Assembly (NCBI RefSeq): GCF_006345805.1
Contig: NC_043009.1
Location: 9,796,001-9,860,000 of the forward strand
Source: Octopus sinensis
Lineage: Eukaryota
DNA length: 64,000 nucleotides
Reading direction: 5' to 3'
Below, in pieces: positions 35,927 to 47,003 of this stretch. Below the pieces are notes generated by a model. That model worked only from the letters and a program-made list of their open reading frames with translations, did not search any database and had not been told where the DNA came from. The first letter of the stretch is position 1, and the number at the start of each line of letters is the position of its first letter. The translations under genes and the position numbers were made by a program.

Positions 35927-36344
35927 TGTAGTGATGCTACTGTGTAGGGTTCGGCGCGCATGCGCAGAATGGGACTACTTCCGGGTGGCCACCGGAAGTC
36001 TTCCCCATGCGCATGTGCGGGAAAACATCTCTCGAGCCCGCGAACCTCAAATCTCTCTCTTCGGCTCAAGACAGCACTGCGATCGGTCACGGTTTTCCTG
36101 GCTCTGACAGCCACACACCAGCTTCAACCAACTTCAACCAACCTCAACGACCAACACCAGCAATATATCAGAGGCTGTCTATTCCCCCATCAGACAACGT
36201 ACAACCATGAATCAATAAACCAAGTTGTCTGTTCACCTTTAACCTGAGTTTCGTCTGTTTGTTTTCTACAAGAATTTTTGTATGTGACTAGAAAGGATCT
36301 CGACACCCTGCCAGTGTTTCGATGATAGATCCTTTCACGTTACA
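35927..36344 (+). repeat. 5' LTR (418 bp)
   Basis: tgtagtgatg...cacgttaca; by eye differs from the 3' LTR by a single 1-nt indel. Confidence 0.98.
35956..36018. promoter_or_regulatory. NRF1-type and paired ETS-type motifs in LTR U3
   Basis: GCGCATGCGC 35956-65; ACTTCCGG 35977-84 and CCGGAAGT 35992-99 (inverted pair); TGCGCATGTGC 36008-18. Confidence 0.55.
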
Positions 36345-36346
36345 AT

Positions 36347-36356
36347 TGGTGACCCC
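36347..36356 (+). other. Primer binding site (tRNA-Trp type)
   Basis: TGGTGACCCC is complementary to the 3' end ...GGGGUCACCA of eukaryotic tRNA-Trp; 2 nt after the LTR. Confidence 0.75.
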
Positions 36357-36722
36357 TAGTTGAGAAAAAGAACAGGATAGAAGAAGACACAGCGAACAGG
36401 TTTTTTTGGGGCCGAAGAGCGCGGAAATTCACATTTATTTTCCTATTTTCTCCTTTTCAGCACGGCGAGGTGGGTCAAATAGCCTTATTCATCGCACACA
36501 GTACAAAAAAAAAAAAAAAAAAAGAAAACACACACACATTCATTTTTCCTTTCTGTATTTTGTTTTCCTTGTACACACTTATTCCTTTTTTTTTTTTTTT
36601 TGCTACCCACGAGGTGCACACACAAACACAGTTTTGAATTGCCTTCTCGGTTCCACGTGTTCTCTCTCCGTTTCTCGACCATACCTTCTGCCCCCTTCTC
36701 ACAGACTCCTTCCGACAAAGGC

Positions 36723-37460
36723 ATGGCTTCAGGTTTGCCTTCATTTACGGGGGATGCGGGGCTGTGGTTTGCACAGGTGGAATCACACTTTGCCGCGCAT
36801 ACCATTCCGCCACAACAGCAGTTACATCTACTGTTTTCAAGTTTGCCCTCCCGGCTCGCAACATCGGTCAGGGATCTCATTGTGAGTCCCCATCCTGACG
36901 CCACATATGCGTCAGTAAAGGCGGAGATCCTCCGTCGCAACACGCGCTCAGAGGAAAGTCAGTTTAATGAACTGATGGCCGACGAGCAGTTAGGGGACAG
37001 AACTCCATCCCAATTTCTGCGCCATCTAAGAGAGCTAAGCGGCAACGCCGCTGACGCGCCGCTCTTACGCAAGATATTTTTCTCAAGGCTGCCTGCCCAC
37101 GTGCAGACAATGTTGGCCACGGCACTGGATGCTGTGTCTGTGGACCAGATCGCCACGATGGCCGACAAAGTGTTGGAGTTTTCGCGCCCATCTCCCTCGC
37201 GGGGCCTGTACGCATGTACAGAGCCCCCCCCGACCCCTCCGACGAACGATAAACTGGCCGAGAACATCGACGCGCTTACGCGGAGGATCGATGATCTGTG
37301 CCGTGCGATCGGACGCCAATCTCGTAGTCGCAGTAGCTCTATTTCCCGCAGTCGGAGTGACTCTGTTTCTCGTTCCGGCTGGTGCTGGTACCATTCGAGA
37401 TATGCCGAGAAGGCAGATCGGTGTACCCAGCCGTGCACTTTCAAGCCCTCGGAAAACTAA
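36723..37460 (+). CDS. gag: Gypsy Gag (DUF7041-type), intact
   Basis: LPSF..DAGLWFAQVE; LGDRTPSQFLRHLREL; CWYH......ADRC..PC. Confidence 0.9.
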   Translation: MASGLPSFTGDAGLWFAQVESHFAAHTIPPQQQLHLLFSSLPSRLATSVRDLIVSPHPDATYASVKAEILRRNTRSEESQFNELMADEQLGDRTPSQFLRHLRELSGNAADAPLLRKIFFSRLPAHVQTMLATALDAVSVDQIATMADKVLEFSRPSPSRGLYACTEPPPTPPTNDKLAENIDALTRRIDDLCRAIGRQSRSRSSSISRSRSDSVSRSGWCWYHSRYAEKADRCTQPCTFKPSEN

Positions 37461-40400
37461 ATCCGGAGGAGGTGAGCACGTCACCTTCTTCCATCTCGTT
37501 TCCCAAACATCGTGCATTCTATGTAAAAGATCTGGTGTCGAAGACATTCTTCATGGTAGACACCGGCTCCTGTTGCAGCATCTGGCCCCTTCGTCTGGCT
37601 GCAGACAAGCCCAAGCGCTCTTCGATTGTCTTGCATGCTATTGACTCGTCTCCCATAGCCACTTACGGTCAGATTTCGCTGCGCCTCGACCTTCGTCGAG
37701 ACTTTCGATGGGTTTTCGTCATCGCTGACATCCCGCATCCTATTCTCGGCGCTGATTTCCTGGATAGGTTTAACCTATTGGTGGATGTCAGGCGTCGGAG
37801 GCTTCTTGATAGCACGACGTCGCTCTCTACACCGACTGGGAGTTCCACCACTGCGGTTCTTAGCCCGACATTCTTTGTTGCCACCTCTGGAGACCCTTTT
37901 CACTCTCTTTTGGTTTCATTTCCGGAGCTAGTGGACATTGCCTTTAAACCGGAAAAGCCTACCCACTCGACCCTCCATTTCATCACCACCAATGGGCCAC
38001 CTGTATTCTCACGCCCCCGGCGCCTAGCGCCAGACCGACTTAAAACGGCCAGAGCCGAGTTTGAGCACATGCTTCAACTTGGCCTTATATGCCCCTCCAC
38101 CAGCCCATGGGCATCTCCCCTTCATTTGGCGCGAAAGGGCGAGTCTGATTTTCGCCCGGTTGGAGACTATCGACGCCTCAATGCCGTCACAATAGCCGAT
38201 CGCTATCCGATTAGAAATCTCCGGGACTTTACAGCAAATCTCCATGGTTGTACCATTTTTTCGAAGGTCGATCTGATACGCGCTTACCACCAAATACCGG
38301 TCAACCCAGCCGACGTTCCAAAAACTGCAATCACTACCCCGTTTGGGTGTTTTGAGTTTTTGTACATGAGTTTCGGTTTGCGGAATGCTACTAGCACCTT
38401 CCAGCGTTTCATTGATGAGGTTGTCCGCGGTCTTGATTTTGTGTTTGCCTATGTCGATGACATACTCATTGCGAGCGACACACGAGAAAATCATCTCCGG
38501 CACCTTTCTCAACTCTTCCAGCGTCTTCGCGCGTATAGCATACGCATAAACCCCGACAAGTGTGTTTTCAGACGCTCTTCCCTAGATTTTCTAGGGCATC
38601 ATATTGATTCGACTGGAATCAGCCCCCTCTCGTCAAAAGTCGATGCCATTCAACGCATCGCACCCCCCACTTCCTTGCGCCAGCTCAGGCATTATCTAGG
38701 GATGGTCAATTTCTACCGACGCTTCATTCCCGGTTGTGCAGATAAGCTGCTACATCTCACCAGGCTGTTAAAGGACTCTCCTAGAAAGGACAGTCAAGTC
38801 ACCCTCTCTGTTGAGGCAGTGACAGCCTTTGAGTCCATTAAGAAGGAGCTGGCTTCTGTTTCTTTGCTTGCACATCCAGTTCCTGGCTTCTCTCTCTTTG
38901 ACTGTGGACGCATCGGACACTGCGATTGGCGCTGTGTTACAACACACAGTGGATGACCATGTTCGACCTCTAGCCTTCTTTTCCCGTCAACTGCAACCAG
39001 CTGAACGACGATACAGCACCTTTGATCGTGAGCTCCTAGCGATCTATCTATCGGTCGTCATTTCCAGCATCAACTTGAAGGGCGAGATTTTGTGATCTAT
39101 ACGGATCACAAGCCCCTTACGTTTGCCCTGTTTTCAAAACGGACAAACTCTCACCCCGTGCTTTTCGGCACCTGGATTTTATCTCTCAATTTACTAGCAA
39201 CATTCGACACATACCTGGAAAAGAGAACGTTCCTGCTGACGCTCTCTCTCGCCTTCCAGTTTGCGCCCTTTCGTCTCCTGCTGCTATCGATTTAGCTGCC
39301 ATATCGCAGGAGCAGCCACCTTTGGCGTCGTTAGATTTAACTTCTCCCAAGTTCTCCTGTTGCCAGTTTTCCTACCTTCCGCTTCCGTCAGCCGAAGGCA
39401 CCATTCTTGTGACACTCTTCAACTGGATCTCCCAGGCCACTGGTGCCTGAGACCCATCAACGCTCAGTGTTTGAAGCACTGCACTCCTTATCACATCCTG
39501 GCATCGCTGCCACCCTCAACTAATCACTGCTCGGTTTTTCTGGCCGAATATGCGTCGCACAATTACTTCTTGGACACGCACCTGCTCCAAGTGTCAACGG
39601 TCCAAGATTCAACGGCACGTTCGTGCCCCGCTTGGACAATTTCCCCCCACGGAGGCCCGTTTTCGCCATGTCCACATCGATCTGGTTGGACCATGGCCTG
39701 TGAGTCGCGGGTTCTCTTATCTATTAACTTGTGTCGATCGTTTCTCCCGCTGGCCAGAAGCCATTCCGATAGCAGACATTTCTGCTGAGACTGTTGCGCG
39801 AGCTTTCGTTTCAAACTGGATTTCTCGCTTCGGAGTCCCGTCCCGATTGACAACTGATCGTGGACGACAGTTTGAGGCCTCGCTATTTCGCGAATTGTCG
39901 CGAATTTTGGGTATGCACCATATCCACACCACAAGCTACCATCCAGCGTCTAATGGATTGGTTGAGCGGTTCCATAGACAGCTCAAGGCCGCTCTTCGTG
40001 CCTCTTCGGACCCACAGTCCTGGATCGAATTTCTGCCCATTGTGCTTCTCGGCTGTCGGACTGCTGTCAAGGCAGACCTGGGGTTTTCTGCTGAGAGCTG
40101 CTGTATGGTACCACACTGGCATTGCCCGGTACGATGTTGGTGCCAGACACTTCCCCGCCCCATGATCCGGCGACCTATGTCACCAGACTGCGGGAATATT
40201 TTTCAAACCTTCCGCCCATGCTTCCCAGAAAGCAATCTCCACCGTCCCATCTTCCACCGGATATGAACACCTGGTCGCATGTTTTTGTTCGGGACGATTC
40301 TGTGAAGGGCCCACTTGTTTCTCCCTATAAAGGACCTTTTCGTGTGCTTTCTCGCACACCAAAGGTTTTCACGATTGAGATAAATGGTCGTTCGGAGACC

Positions 40401-40652
40401 GTTTCCGTGGACCGTTTAAAAAAGGCACATTTTGAGACGTCTTCATCTTTTGATGACAACCTTGACACACCCACCTATGCACCTTTAACAACACTTTCAC
40501 CTGCACAAACGCCTTCACCTGCACAAACACCTTCACCGGCTCCTACAACACCACCCTCGCCGTCAACGGGTGCCCCGAGCACACCGTATGTTACAAAATC
40601 GGGCAAAACAGTGCATTGGCCCAAGAAACTTTCAAAAACAATTTACATTTAA
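37451..40652 (+). pseudogene. pol: Gypsy Pol (PR, RT, RNase H, integrase, GPY/F) with several single-base frameshifts after the RT
   Basis: VDTGS; DYRRLN; YVDDILIAS; VDASDTAIGAVL; HIDLVGP; TTDRGRQFE; [12 protein letters not shown]; PYKGPF. Confidence 0.93.
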
Positions 40653-40769
40653 CTTTCTTAAAAATGTTTCTTATTGTATAATAGTATGTACCAAGTCTTC
40701 TGGGGGATCGGCAAGCCTTCTGTTTTCTGCAGCACCACCACAATATTCTGGTTGCCGTACTTCGCACTC

Positions 40770-40778
40770 GGAGGGGAG
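40770..40778 (+). other. Polypurine tract
   Basis: ggaggggag 3 nt before the 3' LTR. Confidence 0.8.
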
Positions 40779-40781
40779 CCC

Positions 40782-41198
40782 TGTAGTGATGCTACTGTGT
40801 AGGGTTCGGCGCGCATGCGCAGAATGGGACTACTTCCGGGTGGCCACCGGAAGTCTTCCCCATGCGCATGTGCGGGAAAACATCTCTCGAGCCCGCGAAC
40901 CTCAAATCTCTCTCTTCGGCTCAAGACAGCACTGCGATCGGTCACGGTTTTCCTGGCTCTGACAGCCACACACCAGCTTCAACCAACTTCAACCAACCTC
41001 AACGACCAACACCAGCATATATCAGAGGCTGTCTATTCCCCCATCAGACAACGTACAACCATGAATCAATAAACCAAGTTGTCTGTTCACCTTTAACCTG
41101 AGTTTCGTCTGTTTGTTTTCTACAAGAATTTTTGTATGTGACTAGAAAGGATCTCGACACCCTGCCAGTGTTTCGATGATAGATCCTTTCACGTTACA
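40782..41198 (+). repeat. 3' LTR (417 bp)
   Basis: See 5' LTR. Confidence 0.98.
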
Positions 41199-41279
41199 CA
41201 CGATTTATTCAAAACATGAATAGATAAGTATTACATTTAACAGAATAATCCAAAAGCCAAAGAGTTAAATACAGCGAAC

Positions 41280-41750
41280 CAGTGGCAGCCTTTGAAAATT
41301 GTTCACAGAATGCAGTGTACGTGATATACTGTCGAGCCAATTCTACTATATGGCTCAGAAACCTGGACGTTATCAAAGAAGCTTGAGAGGTGGTTGGATG
41401 GAACTTACACTCGCCTCCTTATGAGAGCTCAAAATCTCTCGTGGAAGCGTCATCCAACCAAAGTGCAAATATATAGGGAAACTACCACCTGTATCATCTC
41501 TTGTGAAAGGTAGGAGAGTCCAGTTTGCTGGACATTGTTGTAGAGCTGAAAACGAGGCAATTTCTACTCTTCTCCTCTGGAAGCCATCTACTCGCGATAC
41601 CAGAGGGCGCACACTCTCCTACCCTGATGTAATCTCCAGGGATACAGGCATCCAGCAACAGGACCTCCGTAATGCTATGATGGACTGTGAAGTCTGGCGT
41701 AGCATGGTAAATTCCATTGTCTCGACCACGGTCGAACAATGATGATGATG
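41280..41750 (+). pseudogene. RTE-clade LINE 3' fragment
   Basis: RRVQFAGHCCRAENE.IS.LLLWKP...W..MV followed by a (TGA)n tail. Confidence 0.75.
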
Positions 41751-41795
41751 ATATGTGATATAAAATTGAACCAAATCAATAAAACAACTGTTTAC

Positions 41796-41898
41796 CTGGC
41801 TCTGACAATGTTACTTGCATTAAGATCAACTATTTCTTCAAATCCAATAGCGAAAATATCAGCTGGGTAACTGAAGTCAGCATTTTGGTCTAAGGAAT
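41796..41898 (-). CDS. SYNJ1: Synaptojanin exon: DSLDQNADFSYPADIFAIGFEEIVDLNASNIVRA-S
   Basis: 103 nt, phase 1 to 2; conserved DIFAIGFEE. Confidence 0.96.
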
Positions 41899-43984
41899 CT
41901 AGAAAAGCAAAATGAAATAAAAGGTGTAAAAAAAGAGAAAAATACATCAAGGTGTAATGACAGAATGACCGTAAGAATAAAACGAACATGCACTTATGTA
42001 ATTACGTAGAAATGGTAAAAGATAGAGCAAAGGTTTGAATTGATGAGAGAACTTCTAAATGGTTTCCTGGTGCAACTCCATCAATGTTGTTGACTGTGTT
42101 TTAGTTAAAACGATGGCATTAATTAAGTCTGTCCAGAGTTACTTCTCTTTGGCTAAAGAGCTAGAGATGTATCAGGGAATCCAACATTGATAATGGCTAA
42201 AAAAACTGAAAAGCATCTGGGTATCTGACTGGGCAGATATAGGGTTTTTACACCATTTTTGCCTCAAGAAAGATTTATTTTCTCCATAGTAACTGCAGTC
42301 AATTTGCCTTTAGAAGCTGAAATAGGTCACAAATACAATTTAACAAACCTAATGTATGCTTATATCTAAACACTGCTTGGCACTGATACTGCTGAAAAAT
42401 TTTCCAACCTGGCAGTCTAATAGTGTGACTCCATCAATGTTGTTGACTACAGCTTTAATTAAGTCTGTCCAGAGTTGCTTCTCTTTGGTATTTATCATTG
42501 TTAATGACTAAAGAACTAGAAACACGCCTGGGAATCTGATAATGTGTAGCATTGGGCAGATGTGATTTTACATCTTTTTACCAACAGAGAAATTTATTTT
42601 CTCCACAATAACTGCTGTGAATTTGCCTTTAAATTTAGCATATATGTAAAAAGCACTGGTGCTGGTACTATGTCAGAAGTATTGGTGTTGGTGCCACACC
42701 AAAAGCACCAGTGTTGATACCAAATAAAAAGCACCGGTGATGGTACCACATAAAAAGGACCTGTGGTGGTGTCACATAAAGAGCACTGGTGCTGGTGCCA
42801 TGTAAAAAGCACCCAGTACACTCTGTAAAATGGTTGGCATTAGGAAGAGCATCCAGCTATACAAACCATGCCAAAACAGACAATGGAGCCGGGTGCAGCC
42901 CCTTGCCTAACCAGCTCCTACCGTACTGTCCAACCTATGCTAGGATGGAAATGGACATTATATCATGATGATGTTGATGATGATGTATGACGATGATATA
43001 TGACATTACAATGAGATGATGCCGCCGCTGCCGCCGCCGCCACCGCCACCACCACCACCACCACCACCATCCTCAATGGTTAGGGCAGCGGATTCGCAGT
43101 CGGAGGATCATGGTTTCGATTCCGAGACCGGGCGATATGTGTGTTTATTGAGCGAAAACACCTAAAGCTCCACAAGGCTCCGGCAGGGGCTGGTGGCGAC
43201 CCCTGTTGTACTCTTTCGCCCTAGCTTTCCCTCACTCTTTCTTCCTGTTTCTTATCCCCGATTTCCTACGCAACCGCTGAGCCTGGATGCGCATTCATCC
43301 ATCCGTCGATGCTCTCGGTGTCAAGGGTTGACCTGCTTTCTCTTCTGTGGGTCTTACGAATAGCAAAAGACCACGTTTCGGACTTCTCCCAGGACGAAGA
43401 GCGATTCGCTCAACAAACAAACAAACAAACCAGCACCACCACCACCACCATTACTCTAACAATCAGTATTAGAAATATTAGAAACAACTTTTCCAACAAT
43501 CAAGCTGGCAGGAAATGATTACATTTCCCCATACACCATTGCTATATACGTCTCAATCATTTGTTATTTTATTTGGAAAGCTATCCATAATCATCCAAAG
43601 TCCATTTAATGAAGTTTTCCATTAATGACTGGTTCTCTGTCAGTTTCGGCAAAGAGTGTTCCAGTCGACCTAATCAACAGAACAGGTTGTTCATGACATT
43701 GATGCGCAAGTGGCCGAGCACTCCACAGACATGTGTACCATCAATGTAGTTCTCAGGGAGATTCAATGTGACACAGAATGACAAAACTGGCCCTTTGAAA
43801 TACTCATTTTTACCAGCTGAATGGACTGGAGCAATGAGAAATAAAGTGTCTTGCTCAAGAACTCAATGCACTGCCAGGAATTGAACTCATGACCCTACAA
43901 TCGTGAGCCAAATAACCTAACCACTCAGCCATGCACCTTCACCAAAGATATGATACATTTCCAGTACCTTTTGATACCATTATC

Positions 43985-44385
43985 TGATTTCTTTATTGCC
44001 CACAAGGGGCTAAACATAGGGGGACAAACAAAGACAGACAAAGGGATTAAGTCAATTACATCGAGCCCAGTGCATAGCTGGTACTTAATTTATCGACCCC
44101 AAAAGGTTGAAAGGCAAAGTTGATCTTGGCGGAATTTGAACTCAGAATGTAACGGCAGACGAAATACCTATTTCTTTACTACCCACAAGGGGCTAAACAC
44201 AGAGAGGACAAACGGATTAAGTCGATTATATTGACTCCATTGCATAGCTGGTACTTGATTTATCGACCTTGAAAGGATGAGAGGCAAAGTTGACCTTGAC
44301 AGAATTTGAATTCAGAACGTAACAGCAGATGAAATACGTTAAGCATTTCACCCGGGCGTACTAACATTTCTGCCAGCTTGCCTGA
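43985..44385 (-). mobile_element. OK-like SINE with duplicated module
   Basis: Family match. Confidence 0.75.
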
Positions 44386-44578
44386 TACCATCATCTGGTA
44401 TTTATTTTTACCCAGCATTCACTATTTATGTCCATATCAGTATACTTATTTTTCCTGCCTACACTGATGGCCAGTCGCTTTTTCTATAGTCTGCAACTCA
44501 TTTTGTCTTGAAATAAAATTGTTCATTCAAAAGTCCTTAATCATTTTTTTTTTCTTAAATAAAAACAAGCATCCTTAC

Positions 44579-44767
44579 CAGGAAACAGATTTCTGCAGCA
44601 CGTGTGGGCGTCTAACAGCCAGTCAGTGAGTTTTTCTTTCTTGAAAGCAATGCTGCGGAAATGAGTCCCACCATTTACATTCCATGTACCACAGCAGACG
44701 CGGAGTTTTTCAAGTTTGGTGTACTCCCTATGTCGTGCTACCATTTCTCTAAGAATTCCTTCCGGTG
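44579..44767 (-). CDS. SYNJ1: Synaptojanin exon (start of 5-phosphatase): PEGILREM...LRVCCGTWNVNGGTHFRSIAF...DWLLDAH..LFP
   Basis: 189 nt, symmetric phase 1 to 1, ttttctag acceptor, gtaagg donor. Confidence 0.96.
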
Positions 44768-45314
44768 CTAGAAAAACATTGCAAAAAAATTATTATTAGG
44801 TTTTTTTTAATGATAAATCTTTAAAAAAATCTACAAGAGTAAAAATATGTTACCACATAACAAGTACTGGTGATGGTACCACATAGAAAGGACCTGTGGT
44901 GGTGTCACATAAAGAGCACTGGTGCTGGTGCCATGTAAAAAGCACCCAGTACACTCTGTAAAATGGTTGGCATTAGGAAGAGCATCCAGCTATACAAACC
45001 ATGCCAAAACAGACAATGGAGCCGGGTGCAGCCCCTCGCCTAATCAGCTCCTACTGTACTGTCCAACCTATGCTAGGATGGAAATTTCCTAGACAATGGA
45101 AAAGTTATAACAACGGCATCTAAAATCATTGAAGTGGCTGATATGTGTAAAGTTTATTGTGATGAGGTTTGAACTTATGACCATGGGGTCAGTAGCCCAG
45201 TTCTTACCTCCTTAGCATTCAGATTACTCAGTTAAATATGATGCTTATTTATCCACATTGTTTTGAATTAATCATGCATTATCTTGTAGCTTCAACGTCT
45301 CAAGGATTATTGTT

Positions 45315-45740
45315 ACTCTTACTCTTTTACTTGTTTCAGTCATTTGACTGTGGCCATGCTGGAGCACTGCCTTTAGTCGAGCAAATCGCCCCCAGGACTT
45401 ATTCTTTGTAAGCCTAGTACTTATTCTATCAGTCTCTTTAGTTGAACCGCTAAGTTACAAGGATGTAAACACACCAGCATCGGTTGTCAAGCGATGTTGG
45501 GGGGACAAATACAGATGCACAAACGTATACACACACACACACACACACATACATATATATATACACACACATATACGATGGGCTTCTTTCAGTTTCCGCC
45601 TACCAAATCCACTCAAAAGGCTTTGGTCGGCCTGAGGGCTATAGTAGAAGACACTTGCCCAAGGTGCCATGCAGTGGGACTGAACCTGGAACCATGTGGT
45701 TCGTAAGCAAGCTACTTACCGCACAGCCACTCCTACGCCT
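45315..45740 (-). mobile_element. CORE-type SINE (OR-like)
   Basis: Family match. Confidence 0.85.
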
Positions 45741-46049
45741 ATTGTTTATTTTAAAAATGATATTGCAGGATAGGTGTGAGCCCTCTGGCTCAATATTTTT
45801 TCTTGAAATATTCTGGATTAATATTCTTTTTTAGAAAGAAATTTTATTTAAAACCAAAATCACTGACTTACTATTTAGAGAGACTTAGTAATTTTAATAT
45901 TTCTATCACTGACTTACTATTTACAAACTAAAAGATTAAATCTTTAGATTTCCAAGCACAATAACAATAATAAATTAATCTAAATGAATATAGAACTACT
46001 TACAGGGTAAATTAGTCATTAGAGAGTTGGGTAGATTAGCTTGTGGTAA

Positions 46050-46195
46050 CTTCTCCAGACAGTCTGTCAACTGTCGCCCAACCTCACTCACCTCCCACAT
46101 CATTAAAGTGTTTGAAAGAGTGGTAAAATCAAGGATAGCTGGCTTCCTGGAGATCCACAACTGTGGCAGAGACAGTCTTACACAGCTCTTAGCAA
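46050..46195 (+). pseudogene. Small CR1/L2-type RT fragment
   Basis: NCRPTSLTSHIIKVFERVV. Confidence 0.65.
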
Positions 46196-46306
46196 GTGAA
46201 ATGTGTAATAACGAATAAACAATACCAATAAATTTTCCATTATAATGTAAATTACTATAATGTAATATGGATGTTAACTGGTGAAATAAATATATTCATC
46301 TTATAA

Positions 46307-46341
<35 letters not shown>

Positions 46342-46349
<8 letters not shown>

Positions 46350-47003
46350 TATATGTTACATTACTCGATAGTCAAGATAAAACTCTGAGTTTCAGATGCT
46401 GAAGTGGGAATCCACGACATCTCTTCGGTTATCTGGCTATTTGAAAACGCTATGAAAAAAACCTTTTTTTTTTCATAGCGTTTTCAAATAGCCAGATAAC
46501 CGAAGAGATGTCGTGGATTCCCACTTCAGCATCTGAAACTCAGAGTTTTATCTTGACTATCGAGTAATGTAACATATAATTGTATAGATAAATTTCATCT
46601 ATTTACATAATATTGAGGTCTCTTTCTTTCTTTTGTTATCTTACCGTTTTACCAATATATATATATATATATATATACAATTATATGTTACATTACTCGA
46701 TAGTCAAGATAAAACTCTGAGTTTCAGATGCTGAAGTGGGAATCCACGACATCTCTTCGGTTATCTGGCTATTTGAAAACGCTATGAAAAAAACCTTTTT
46801 TTTTTCATAGCGTTTTCAAATAGCCAGATAACCGAAGAGATGTCGTGGATTCCCACTTCAGCATCTGAAACTCAGAGTTTTATCTTGACTATCGAGTAAT
46901 GTAACATATAATTGTATAGATAAATTTCATCTATTTACATAATATTGAGGTCTCTTTCTTTCTTTTGTTATCTTACCGTTTTACCAATATATATATATAT
47001 ATA
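46342..47003. repeat. Two tandem 332-bp units, each with a perfect 120-bp-arm palindrome (Penelope-like)
   Basis: Arms 46342-46461 and 46467-46586; the unit repeats at +332. Confidence 0.95.
46494..46553 (+). ncRNA. Type I hammerhead-like motif, U4C variant (also 46375-46434 -, 46707-46766 -, 46826-46885 +)
   Basis: AGAUAA-CCGAAGA-GAUG..CAUC-U-GAA-ACU cag AGU-U-UUAUCU. Confidence 0.55.

Larger units (their letters stand above)
35927..41198 (+). mobile_element. Full-length Ty3/gypsy LTR retrotransposon (5272 bp), antisense to the host gene
   Basis: TG..CA LTRs, 4-bp TSD CACG, PBS, PPT, domain order gag-PR-RT-RH-IN. Confidence 0.98.

Noticed and set aside
36959-40362. Antisense and alternate-frame ORFs within the gypsy element
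   Set aside because: Shadow ORFs of GC-rich gag-pol sequence with no recognisable motifs.
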